The notes under the pieces are model-generated. The model was not told the origin of the DNA and searched no databases. It saw only the letters and a list, made by a program, of their open reading frames with translations. 64,000 nt of DNA from Candidatus Altiarchaeales archaeon ex4484_96 (lineage in GTDB: Archaea; Altiarchaeota; Altiarchaeia; IMC4; QMZM01): the NCBI GenBank assembly GCA_002254405.1, contig NJDH01000003.1, positions 5,080-69,079 of the forward strand. The letters are read 5' to 3'. This document shows positions 39,234-48,637 of this stretch, piece by piece. The first letter of the stretch is position 1. Each line of letters begins with the position of its first letter. A program made the translations under genes and the position numbers.

Positions 39234-40181
39234 ATGAGAAACAAAAGTTTTATTGTTGTTGCCATGGTACTGGCTTTGATGTTTGTTCCCTTAGTGCATC
39301 ATGTAGAGGCATCACATGATTCTCCCGGGCAGGCGTTCGCTAAAAATGTTCCAGACACCTTAACCTTTCTCCTAAAAAGAGTTTTATACTATACTGTGGC
39401 GTTTAATTACGCCAGCCGCGGTCTTGATGTTCTATCATCCAGCCTGGAGGAATTTATCCTCATGAATCCCTCACCCCAGCACCCGGTTGTACTGGATATT
39501 ATCCGGTTTTTTGTCTCGCTTCTGCAACCCTTTTATGTGCTTGCTATTTCTATAACAGGGTTTTATCTTATCTTTGTCTCATCATCTCCTGCAGGAAGAA
39601 ACAAGGCTAAAAGCACATTAATTAAGCTGGTTTTCTCTCTCGTCATCATATCCCTGACTCCTCAGGTGATGACCATAGCATTATATACTACCGAAAATAT
39701 CACCAGCTCTATATTAGGCCAGGCTGACATATCCTACTATACCTATGCGTTAAATGAGGCGATGAACACATTACAGTGGATTCATCTGTGGGCTTCATTG
39801 ATTAACATTGAGATGGGTTATTATTCTTTTCTGCCGCCTTTTTTCATAGTATGGGGTACTTATGTGATGCTTACCTTAAGGTTTATCGCTGTTTTATTGT
39901 GGATTGTTATGTTTCCGCTTGCTGTTTTCCTTTATTCATTTACTTTCACGAAAAACATCGGGAGAAACATGCTTGAGCAAACAATTTTATGGAGCAGCAT
40001 GCAAATATTCAATGCTTTATTGGTGGCTGTGGCAGCAATAGGCATGATATCCAAGGAACCTGGGTTTATGCACATACAAGCCCTTATTTCCGGAATAGAT
40101 ATTATTTTGATTGCGGGTGTGTTTAGTTTGGTTGTTGCTCCCGCTTTGATGTTGATTTGGTTCAGGAATTTTTTGCCTTAA
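39234..40181 (+). CDS. VirB6/TrbL/CedA-like membrane protein, paralog 2
   Basis: ILMNP...PFYVLAISITGFYLIF..SSPAGRNKAKS...RFIAV..FPLAVF..SF.FTKNIGRNMLEQTILW...Q. Confidence 0.65.
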   Translation: MRNKSFIVVAMVLALMFVPLVHHVEASHDSPGQAFAKNVPDTLTFLLKRVLYYTVAFNYASRGLDVLSSSLEEFILMNPSPQHPVVLDIIRFFVSLLQPFYVLAISITGFYLIFVSSSPAGRNKAKSTLIKLVFSLVIISLTPQVMTIALYTTENITSSILGQADISYYTYALNEAMNTLQWIHLWASLINIEMGYYSFLPPFFIVWGTYVMLTLRFIAVLLWIVMFPLAVFLYSFTFTKNIGRNMLEQTILWSSMQIFNALLVAVAAIGMISKEPGFMHIQALISGIDIILIAGVFSLVVAPALMLIWFRNFLP

Positions 40182-40185
40182 AAAA

Positions 40186-41367
40186 ATGAAAAAAAACAAA
40201 ATAAGGGTTCGAAAGATTGCAATGGTTTTGCTCATCATTATTGTTTTATCGTTGAATGTTAACTCCCAGTTTTTAACGGATTTATGGAGCAACACAAAAA
40301 AACACTTCAAGGGTGAAGGATTACTTAACCCTAAATCGTTTTTCGGTGAGAGCATCGGGTACTTCATCAGGATGATTCTGGTGGTGAAGGTGATATACGG
40401 GGGATTTATCCCAAAATATGCATTGTCCTTCCCGCATAATTTTTATGAGGCTATAATGTCTAATCCATCCCCTTATGACCCTGGCATATTTAATCTGCTG
40501 GTGTTCATGATTAAAATACTTCAACCGGTTTATATCATGCTTATTCTGGCTGCCGGGTTTTATGTGCTTTTCATGCAGTCGTCTCTTTCATCACGCTCTA
40601 AGGCGAAGAATCTGCTTATCAGACTTTTGATTTCGATGCTTGTTTTATCGCTTTCCATCCCGATAATAAATCTTTTGCTGGGTTTATCAGAGGGTGTTAC
40701 TGAATCGGTTTTTGGCCTTATTAGCAGGCAGGAGATAAAGCATACATTGGGCGGTGCAGTCCATAATCTTTTTTGGGTTTATGCTTTGACAGCAGTTCCT
40801 CACACAGACATAGGACTACCTTATTTAACCCTTCTTTTTGCGATGGCGTTTCTCCCATATATAGTTCTTGGTTTGCGTTATATACTAATAACCATGTTCA
40901 TGGTCTTGTTCCCTCTTGGAGTGTTTTTCTACACCCTCCCCTGGCTTAAGGGGATAGGCAAAAAGATACTAGAACAGCTTATTGTGTGGATCTTTTTGCA
41001 GATTTTTATTGCATTGATTATTGTGGTGTTCGTCGGTATCGGCTTGACCATAGAAGATCATGTAGTCTATAACGCCAAGATATCCTTATCTAATCTTAGG
41101 GGCATGTATGATGTTACCGGAATGCTTGCTTTAACCCCAACAGGTATTGATGTCGGTAAATATTTTGGTTTCTGGGGTGTGCTGCTTGGTGGAGTAATCG
41201 GCGCGGGTGTGGGGGTTGCCCCGATAGAGTTTCTCCTGTGCCACTTTTATGAGGCCCTGCCGGCAACCATAAACATCGTGTATTTCGTACTGGGGGCTAC
41301 AATATATGCAATGCTCGCTATTTTCCCTCTCATATGGTCCCATCACCTCCATGATTTCCTACCATGA
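40186..41367 (+). CDS. VirB6/TrbL/CedA-like membrane protein, paralog 3
   Basis: IMSNP...PVYIMLILAAGFYVLF..SSLSSRSKAKN...RYILI..FPLGVF...GIGKKILEQLIVW...Q. Confidence 0.65.
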   Translation: MKKNKIRVRKIAMVLLIIIVLSLNVNSQFLTDLWSNTKKHFKGEGLLNPKSFFGESIGYFIRMILVVKVIYGGFIPKYALSFPHNFYEAIMSNPSPYDPGIFNLLVFMIKILQPVYIMLILAAGFYVLFMQSSLSSRSKAKNLLIRLLISMLVLSLSIPIINLLLGLSEGVTESVFGLISRQEIKHTLGGAVHNLFWVYALTAVPHTDIGLPYLTLLFAMAFLPYIVLGLRYILITMFMVLFPLGVFFYTLPWLKGIGKKILEQLIVWIFLQIFIALIIVVFVGIGLTIEDHVVYNAKISLSNLRGMYDVTGMLALTPTGIDVGKYFGFWGVLLGGVIGAGVGVAPIEFLLCHFYEALPATINIVYFVLGATIYAMLAIFPLIWSHHLHDFLP

Positions 41368-42440
41368 AAAACAAAACAAAAACCCTGGTATTGGCTTTGA
41401 TTTTGGTTTATTTAGCGGGGGCGCTCTCGTTGGATGTGTTAGCCACTAAAATGAAGGGCGCTTATTCCAAGGCACCCTGGGGTGAGGGATTCATTAATGT
41501 CTTTACCTCGGAAGCGGCTAAGTTTTCCAGGAAAGGTCTTATAATCTGGTCTGGTAGTCTGGTTCATGATTTTTATCTCAGCATTTACCCTAACATGCCC
41601 ACATTAATAACAGCTAATCCCCCTATGTGGAGTATCAAGCATTTCATGGGTTTCTTCATCAATCTCATAGAGCCGTTTTATATTGTGGCTATTATGTTAA
41701 CGGGGTTTTATATTATTTTTGTCTCACAGTCTCCTGTAAACCGGGCTAAGGCAAAAAAATGGTTTGGGAAGCTTATAATAGGGTTGGTTCTCATCTCCAT
41801 ATCACCCCTCCTCGTTGAAGTACTGTATTTTATCTCCAGCAACCTCTCAAAGCAGATTATGAATCTCGCTGACGTGGAGCTGGCCTTGGGTTCGTTTAAG
41901 GCAGCCTCGCAGGGTTTATGGGATATGTTCAAATATCTGACAATGATACACAGATACGGTGGCGTGGAGATATTCCTCATTGATACCGTGGTAATGATGG
42001 CATTGTATCTTATCATGTTTATGAGATATATTATGGCTGGTTTATTGGCTGTGCTTTTGCCTGCAGCATTGTTTTTTTATTCATGGGATTTAACCAGAAA
42101 CGTGGGGAAGATGATGTTTGAGCAATTGATTATATGGATTTTCATGCAGATGGGTTGGGCTGTTGGGTTGGTTATTGTCTCTGTTGCAGTGGTTACGTTA
42201 CCGTCTGTTGCTCCTAGTATGCCGATAGAGTTCTTGTATATCACATCGCTTCTTTTTATGATGGCTGTTCCGTTCATGATACTTGGTGTTATGAACTGGA
42301 TGGGTTTGTCGATTTTCATGTTCGAGGTTGTGCAGGCCGCTCCCTTAAGCAGCGGTGCTGTGTTGTTTGGTGAAACCACGATAGAGAGGAAACCCGTGGT
42401 TGAGGAGGAGGTGATTGTTAAGCCACCGGAGGATTACTGA
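41364..42440 (+). CDS. VirB6/TrbL/CedA-like membrane protein, paralog 4
   Basis: ITANP...PFYIVAIMLTGFYIIF..QSPVNRAKAKK...RYIMA..LLPAALF..SW.LTRNVGKMMFEQLIIW...Q; acidic Pro-rich tail. Confidence 0.65.
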   Translation: MKNKTKTLVLALILVYLAGALSLDVLATKMKGAYSKAPWGEGFINVFTSEAAKFSRKGLIIWSGSLVHDFYLSIYPNMPTLITANPPMWSIKHFMGFFINLIEPFYIVAIMLTGFYIIFVSQSPVNRAKAKKWFGKLIIGLVLISISPLLVEVLYFISSNLSKQIMNLADVELALGSFKAASQGLWDMFKYLTMIHRYGGVEIFLIDTVVMMALYLIMFMRYIMAGLLAVLLPAALFFYSWDLTRNVGKMMFEQLIIWIFMQMGWAVGLVIVSVAVVTLPSVAPSMPIEFLYITSLLFMMAVPFMILGVMNWMGLSIFMFEVVQAAPLSSGAVLFGETTIERKPVVEEEVIVKPPEDY

Positions 42441-42445
42441 ATAAA

Positions 42446-44009
42446 ATGAATCAATACCCTAAAAGTATCTGGTTTGTTGTTTTCCTTATTATTCTAGCCT
42501 TAACCCTAAACGCCAGCTCATTAAACCTGGGTGAATCATCTCCTTCAAGCGAGTCGGCTGCGGGGGTGGAACAAAGCAGCTGTCGCATTCTGCCGGGCAC
42601 CCCGGAATACGATGAATACATCGAGCCATGCGAGATAGACAGCGATTGCGTGAGGTTTATGAAAGAATACAGCAACCTGATGCAAAAAGACACCTGCGAC
42701 GCATTAAGGGAGACGATAATCGAAGCCTGCGATATAGCCGAAGCCGAGGAAAAGGAGGTATTGATTGCCGTGCAGCTGGGATTAGACCCCCCGGGCGGAA
42801 CAGAGCAAACAGAAAGTCCGCTTGTTGAAGGCAGGGGAGTGAGGTTTTACTCTGACACACCCCTGGCGATGCCCCATGAAAGGCTTTCTGATATCGCAAC
42901 CAACTATTTTGATTTCACGATGAACGAGGGCACCCACATCTATGCTTCGGTCATTGGGGAGAGGGAGGGGCTGAATCCGACAGAATGCTCTACCACGGTT
43001 GAAACATGGAATGAAGGTATTCATTCCTCTGATCATACGGTGAACGAGATGGTGGACAGCGCACTCGCTATTATTCTAAGCGCTGAAGGGAAACATCATA
43101 GTGGTCTAATCAAGTGGATGGAAAGTGTAACAGGTTTTATTCATTTACCCCTCACCGAGGCTGTTAAGTCAGAGTTCGCTAAGTCTTTCGGGGGCAGGTT
43201 TCTTGTCGGATGGCTTGGGGTTAAAATAGGAATACTCGACAAGCTTGAGGTAATGTGCAATGACATAGACTACTTCATTTTGCTTAAACCTAACCTGACC
43301 GAACCGGTTGTAGTGAACACCCTGGATTTTTTCATCAACCTGCTTGAGCCATTTTATCTGCTGGCCATCGGCGCAACAATATTTTATCTACTATCCACGT
43401 CATCATCCCCGCTTGGTCGGGCGCGGGCTAAATCCACGCTTCTTAGGATGATAATATCGGTGGGTTTCATCATCCTCACCATACCAATATTCCAACTCCT
43501 ATTGGATTTAACTCACATAATATCAGCCTATACAATGGATTTGGTTGACATCAATATCACCAAAACCTTTTTATGCACTGAATGCATCAACGCCCTCAAC
43601 TACGAGTATCTTGTTATCATGCTGATAGCCTTCTTCACGGGATTGTTTATCGCTTTATTCCAGATAATCTTTTATTTGGGTGCGATGATTATACTGGTTT
43701 TAAGGTATTTTATGGTGATAATGTGGGCGATTTTCTTCCCCTTCACGATTTTTTTCAACTCGTTTCATCTAACCCGGCGTCTGGGTCATGAGATGCTTTT
43801 TCAGACCGGCTGGTGGATTGCGATGCAGTTTATTGAGGCGCTGGTTTTCCTGGTGGATGGCTATGATGATTGTATCGTTTTCGGCTCTGGAGGTGCCCTG
43901 GCTTTCAGGCACAGCCGATATGGCAGAGGAAGCCGAGTTTGAATCATACAAGAAGGAGGAAATCACGCCACCGGATTCGGTTGGCCCCCCCAAGGGGCCT
44001 TTGTGGTGA
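42446..44009 (+). CDS. VirB6/TrbL/CedA-like membrane protein, paralog 5, with N-terminal extracellular extension and a frameshifting deletion near 43853
   Basis: Same motifs (SSPLGRARAKS; RYFMV..FFPFTIF..SF.LTRRLG.EMLFQ..W...Q); the C-terminus homologous to paralog 4 is in another frame ending at 44009. Confidence 0.6.
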
Positions 44010-44061
44010 TAATACTATTTTACCTGTTTAAACCAAATAATTAATTCAATGGGGAAATAAG

Positions 44062-44586
44062 ATGAGATTGGATAAATCCGATTTAAGGGCGTTGGGGTAT
44101 AAGGGTATTGCGGCTGGGTTCATTATTGCAGCGGTTTTGGCTTTCATCTATCAGCTTCTGACTGGAATGCCTTTTATTGTTGGTTTATTGGCGATGTTGT
44201 TGGCGGTTTTCGGGAGTTATCTGGTTTTCATGTCCTTTGAGAAAGAGGTGGTTCCCCCGAAAATGGATGAAGGCGAGTCGATATTACTGGAGAGCATAGA
44301 CCAGGGTTATGTGTTGTTTCCCTCCAGAAGAGGCCGTCTGCTGGGTCGGCGCTCACATAAGTATATGGGCCTTTATCTCACCAACAAGAGAATAATCGGC
44401 AAGGAGATTGATGTGGTCTTGGATATTCCTCTTGAATCCATCAAGTCTGTGGTTTTGGAGAGTAAGCTTTTTAGGGATTATCTGAGAATAAATTATCTTG
44501 TGAACAATGTGGAAAAGGATGTTTTGGTTGTTCCAGGGGATAGCGCTTTATGGAATCAGAAACTAAGAGAGCTTGGAGTGGGCTGA
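44062..44586 (+). CDS. 2-TM protein with C-terminal PH/GRAM-like domain
   Basis: Two N-terminal TMs, then GESILLE...GLYLTNKRII...DIPLESIKSV. Confidence 0.7.
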   Translation: MRLDKSDLRALGYKGIAAGFIIAAVLAFIYQLLTGMPFIVGLLAMLLAVFGSYLVFMSFEKEVVPPKMDEGESILLESIDQGYVLFPSRRGRLLGRRSHKYMGLYLTNKRIIGKEIDVVLDIPLESIKSVVLESKLFRDYLRINYLVNNVEKDVLVVPGDSALWNQKLRELGVG

Positions 44587-46226
44587 AGAGGCTTATTTTT
44601 TTGTTGGTTTTGTTTACCCTGTTCCCCCCCTTCCAAGCACATGCTCAGTGTACTGGATCACCCCAGCCGGGTGCTTCATGCCACGGGTACATCCTCAGCA
44701 GCGCAGATATAAGCAACCCAACGGCTCAATGCAGTGATATGTCGCCTAAGCTTGTTGAGCTGCTTAACTGCATGGAGGGCTATCTACCTGAGAAGGCGAA
44801 GGTTATAAGCTCGGTCTCTGATTCACAGGGCATGGATCGGTGCATTCCAAGTGAACACAGCAGACCACCTTGTGCTCATGTCATTTATTCATGCCACTAT
44901 GGGGGGAGGGATTGCATTGGCCAATCCTATGCGGTGGATTTTAAAAACAGCGAATGCTATGCTGAGATAAGGCAGGCTTTGGCTTACTGCGGCGGAGGCA
45001 GGATTAAAACATACTCAACACACATCCACGTAAGTGTGGGGTGTGAAAATGGATGCAACTGTGACTGCGGTTTGACTAAAGTAAACCCTGTCACACCAGA
45101 ATTTAATGCTGTGGCGAAGGTGGGGAAAACAGCAACCAGCATTGAAGAGAAAAACGTTATTGTTAAAGTGGGGGATATGGTCTATTTTGATGCCAGTGAT
45201 TCCGTTGGCGTGGGCAGTTTCAGTTGGGATTATGCTGACGGGAACACAGCAACGGGAGCATCCCCCTCACACAGTTTTTCCTCTGAGGGAACCTATACTG
45301 TGGCCTTGACTTTCACCGGAAACCTCAACCTCGGTTAATCAAAAAACAATCACCATAGGCGTTGGGGACACAGCTTTCTTTGACGCAAGCCAGTCTATCG
45401 GAACCGGAAGTTTCAGTTGGGATTATGCTGACGGGAACACAGCAACGGGAGCATCCCCCTCACACAGTTTTTCCTCTGAGGGAACCTATACTGTGGCCTT
45501 GACTTTCACCGGGTTAACCGCTCAGGCGGCGGTTAGAAGCAGCTGGGAATCAGAACAGGTTCAGGAGGTAGAGTGCTGTGAAATATGCATAGAGATATGG
45601 GGTGAGATGTGCGGCGGATACGCGAATTGCTCGAAAGACTGTGAATCATGCTGCGGGGACTGGTGCAAGGATTTGGATGACGAACCGGTTAAAAAACAGT
45701 GCGAGGCCGTGTGCGAAGGCAGATGCAAAAGCTATTTTGCTGTAAGTGAAATACTTGGTTTGATTTCCACGGTATCCATTATCCTTGCGGCAATAATCTT
45801 TGCACTCCATGCAATAGCATTATTGGTTTCTTTCGGACCCTATGAGCGAAGCGAAGCGAAAAGATCAATTAAGTATGTGATTATTGTCTTGGTCCTGTTT
45901 GCTCTAATATTTCATATAGTCAACATTTTGTATGCACCTTTTAGGGTTCCTGGGGGGGAAACCACCAACCCAACATGTCTAGATTGCTCTAATATACAAA
46001 CATGCAGTGATTATAACATGTATCTGGGTTACCAGGATTGCATATTAAATGTATGTGATGTTCACGATACCTGTTATGTGGATAAAGACCAACAGTGTGC
46101 GAGCTGAAGTATAATCCCCCATATAGCTGCGATTATTATGGGGTGGCAAGCTGCACCATGAACCCCTGTGAAATAGAGGGAAGTTGCATGGGGGATATAA
46201 CAAATAGTGTGTGTGTTTCTGATTAA
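44550..46226 (+). pseudogene. Frame-disrupted secreted protein: M15/LAS-type Zn peptidase, 2x PKD, Cys-rich helices, pilin hairpin, 2 Cys-rich modules
   Basis: Segments 44550-45319, 45319-46100 and 46104-46226 lie in shifted frames but continue the same modules; SCHY...AVDF...HIHVS; hairpin ALLVSFGPYERSEAKRSIKYVII. Confidence 0.6.
45216..45512. repeat. Exact 104-bp direct repeat (PKD core)
   Basis: 45216-45319 is identical to 45409-45512; the 193-bp offset is not a multiple of 3. Confidence 0.95.
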
Positions 46227-46287
46227 AGCAGTTAACTCCCTTTGTTAATATTTGTTTTATCATATTCTTGGTCTATATTATACTATA

Positions 46288-47346
46288 ATGGATTACCTGA
46301 AGCAGCCCGGGCGGCTTTATATTTATCTCATCGGTCTGGTGCTTTTTTTTGTTACATTATCGGTTATGCTAAGATTTTTTGATGTATTCGTTTACGCCCT
46401 CTTCATATACTACATCACCCAGCCGATTAAGAAAAGACTAGACAATCGTATTAAATCCCCAAACCTGGTTATCGCAGTATCGCTTTTCGTTCTCGTACTC
46501 CCTGTTATACTCGCAGGGTTATATGCGATGAGCGTGGCATCATACGAGCTGAACCTGCTATTATCCGCCAACAGCCTGCTTGTGGATGAATACCTCAGCA
46601 GCGGATTAACCAGGCTTGAGGAAATCTATCTCAATATGCAAGCCGTGGACCTGCTATACTACCTAAAAGAAGGAAGCATAGCAGTATACGATAACCTCAT
46701 ACTCCTCCTATACCATATCGCGGACATAATATTCAAGCTAATAATAACGTTTATTCTATCATACTATTTCCTGAGATACCACACCCAAATCAAAAAATAT
46801 TATACTGAAACATTCACCCCATCCGGGGGCAAGACGCTAACCGCATACACCGAAGCCGTGGACGCAGCATTACAGAAGATATTCTTCGGTAACATAATCA
46901 CCATCATGGTAACATCGCTTATCGGGGTGCTGGTGTTTCATCTATTCAATGCTTTCGCCAGCCCGCAGATGCAGATACCCTACCCCCTACTATTCGGCAT
47001 ACTATGCGGTTTGGGGACGCTTGTGCCGGCGGTGGGTATTAAAATCATCTGGGTGCCCTTGTTCGCTTACATGGGATTAGAGGCTTACCTTAATAATCTG
47101 CTGGCTTCCGAGTGGCCTATATTATTAGGTTATCTTATCGTAGTCAATGTTTTCGTTGACTTCACGCCTGACCTGCTGCTTAGGCCTCTTGTAAGCGGCA
47201 AAGACATGCACAAGGGGTCCCTGATGCTGGCCTACATCTTCGGTCCGGCGGTATTCGGTTTCATGGGCTTGTTTCTGGGGCCGATTATTCTGATTCTTAT
47301 AATAAAATTCTCTAAGATTATTGTCCCGGAACTCAAAGATGGATGA
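46288..47346 (+). CDS. AI-2E family (PerM) transporter
   Basis: YYITQPIKKRL, LVPAVGIKIIWVP, PDLLLRP, FGFMGLFLGPII; ATG at 46288 preferred. Confidence 0.88.
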   Translation: MDYLKQPGRLYIYLIGLVLFFVTLSVMLRFFDVFVYALFIYYITQPIKKRLDNRIKSPNLVIAVSLFVLVLPVILAGLYAMSVASYELNLLLSANSLLVDEYLSSGLTRLEEIYLNMQAVDLLYYLKEGSIAVYDNLILLLYHIADIIFKLIITFILSYYFLRYHTQIKKYYTETFTPSGGKTLTAYTEAVDAALQKIFFGNIITIMVTSLIGVLVFHLFNAFASPQMQIPYPLLFGILCGLGTLVPAVGIKIIWVPLFAYMGLEAYLNNLLASEWPILLGYLIVVNVFVDFTPDLLLRPLVSGKDMHKGSLMLAYIFGPAVFGFMGLFLGPIILILIIKFSKIIVPELKDG

Positions 47347-48637
47347 GAAAATATTCGGCACCTCAGGGGTCAGAAGACTGGTTGAAGACATGCCTAAAGC
47401 GTTTATATTATCCCTGGCTGCAGCTCTGGCAGCAGCATCAAAAGACGAGTTTATTGCAGTGGGAGCTGACCCGAGGAAAAGCTCCCCTGAAATAAAACAA
47501 AGCTTTATTTTAGGCCTTATAAACTGCGGTAAAAAAGTCGTTGATTTAGGTATGGTGCCCACCCCGACCACGGCGATGGCCTCAGAGCAGTACGGCACAT
47601 CGGTGATGATAACAGCATCACATAATCCACCCGAATATAATGGATTTAAGTTCTGGGCTGAGGGCAGAGCATTCACACCAGAACAAGAGAAGCATATTGA
47701 GAGACTGTTTTTTTCAGGGAAAACCAACGAAGCTGAGATTAAAGACACGAAGACAATTAAAGTCGATTATTTGCCTAAACACGAAAGCAGGATACTTAAA
47801 GCCTTAGGCGGGGTTGATATGAAAGTGGATATCCTGGTTGACTGCGCTAACGGCGCCGGCTGCGTTATCACCCCACGGCTTCTTGAGAAGATGGGATGTT
47901 CGGTCACAGGCATAAACACGCGAACAGATGGGGTTTTCGCTCACGGGCTTGAGCCCACCCGAGAAAACCTAGCTGAAGTGTGCGATATGGTTAGGGAAGC
48001 AGGAGTTGATGTCGCGGTAGCGCATGACGGGGACGCCGACCGCACCGCAGCAATAGACGCAGATGGTAAACTGGTTGACTGGGATTCTTTTCTTTCGGTG
48101 TTGGCTTACGGTAAAGATAAGGTTGTTACAACAGTAGATGCCTCCATGAGGATAGAAGAAGTCTGCGGGCAGGTTATCCGTACCCCAGTGGGCGATGTTC
48201 ACGTGGCTAATGCGGTTGAGAAATATAAAGCGGATTTTGGGGGGGAACCCTCTGGCTCATTTATTTATCCAAGCGTGCATTTATTCCCTGACGGGGTTTA
48301 TACGGCCGCGTTAACAGCCAAGATGGTTTCAGAAAACAGGTTCTATGAGATACTTGACTTGATAAAAGAGTATCCTACCTCAAGGCTTAAGCTGCCGTGC
48401 GCCGAATCAGACAAAAAAAGGATAATGGATTTGGTCTCGCATAAAGCCTCTAAACTGGATTATGAGCTTAACACCATAGACGGAGTCAGGTTATCAAGTG
48501 ATGAAGGCTGGTTTCTTATCCGCCCCTCTGGAACCGAATCCTTTATCAGAATAACAGCAGAAGCTCAAACAAAAAAACAGCTTAACTCTTTGTTAAAGGT
48601 GGGCAGGGAGCTGGTTGAGATGTCCAGCACACGTTAG
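47339..48637 (+). CDS. glmM: Phosphoglucosamine mutase / phosphohexomutase
   Basis: FGTSGVR, TASHNP, HDGDADR, GGEPSG, IRPSGTE. Confidence 0.9.
   Translation: MDEKIFGTSGVRRLVEDMPKAFILSLAAALAAASKDEFIAVGADPRKSSPEIKQSFILGLINCGKKVVDLGMVPTPTTAMASEQYGTSVMITASHNPPEYNGFKFWAEGRAFTPEQEKHIERLFFSGKTNEAEIKDTKTIKVDYLPKHESRILKALGGVDMKVDILVDCANGAGCVITPRLLEKMGCSVTGINTRTDGVFAHGLEPTRENLAEVCDMVREAGVDVAVAHDGDADRTAAIDADGKLVDWDSFLSVLAYGKDKVVTTVDASMRIEEVCGQVIRTPVGDVHVANAVEKYKADFGGEPSGSFIYPSVHLFPDGVYTAALTAKMVSENRFYEILDLIKEYPTSRLKLPCAESDKKRIMDLVSHKASKLDYELNTIDGVRLSSDEGWFLIRPSGTESFIRITAEAQTKKQLNSLLKVGRELVEMSSTR

Noticed and set aside
45216-45512. Diversity-generating retroelement TR/VR pair or CRISPR repeat
   Set aside because: The copies are fully identical with no adenine-specific mismatches, there are only two, and no reverse transcriptase or cas gene is in the window.
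46108-46226. Structured ncRNA or recoding hairpin after the TGA (CCCCATA...TATGGGG)
   Set aside because: The region reads cleanly as a Cys-rich coding module in the -1 frame; there is no slippery heptamer, and in-frame TGA read-through gives a short unrelated peptide.
29245-46226. Integrated conjugative element or provirus
   Set aside because: No integrase, relaxase, replication or capsid genes, no flanking att repeats or tRNA were seen, and the pilin genes are split between two loci among housekeeping genes.
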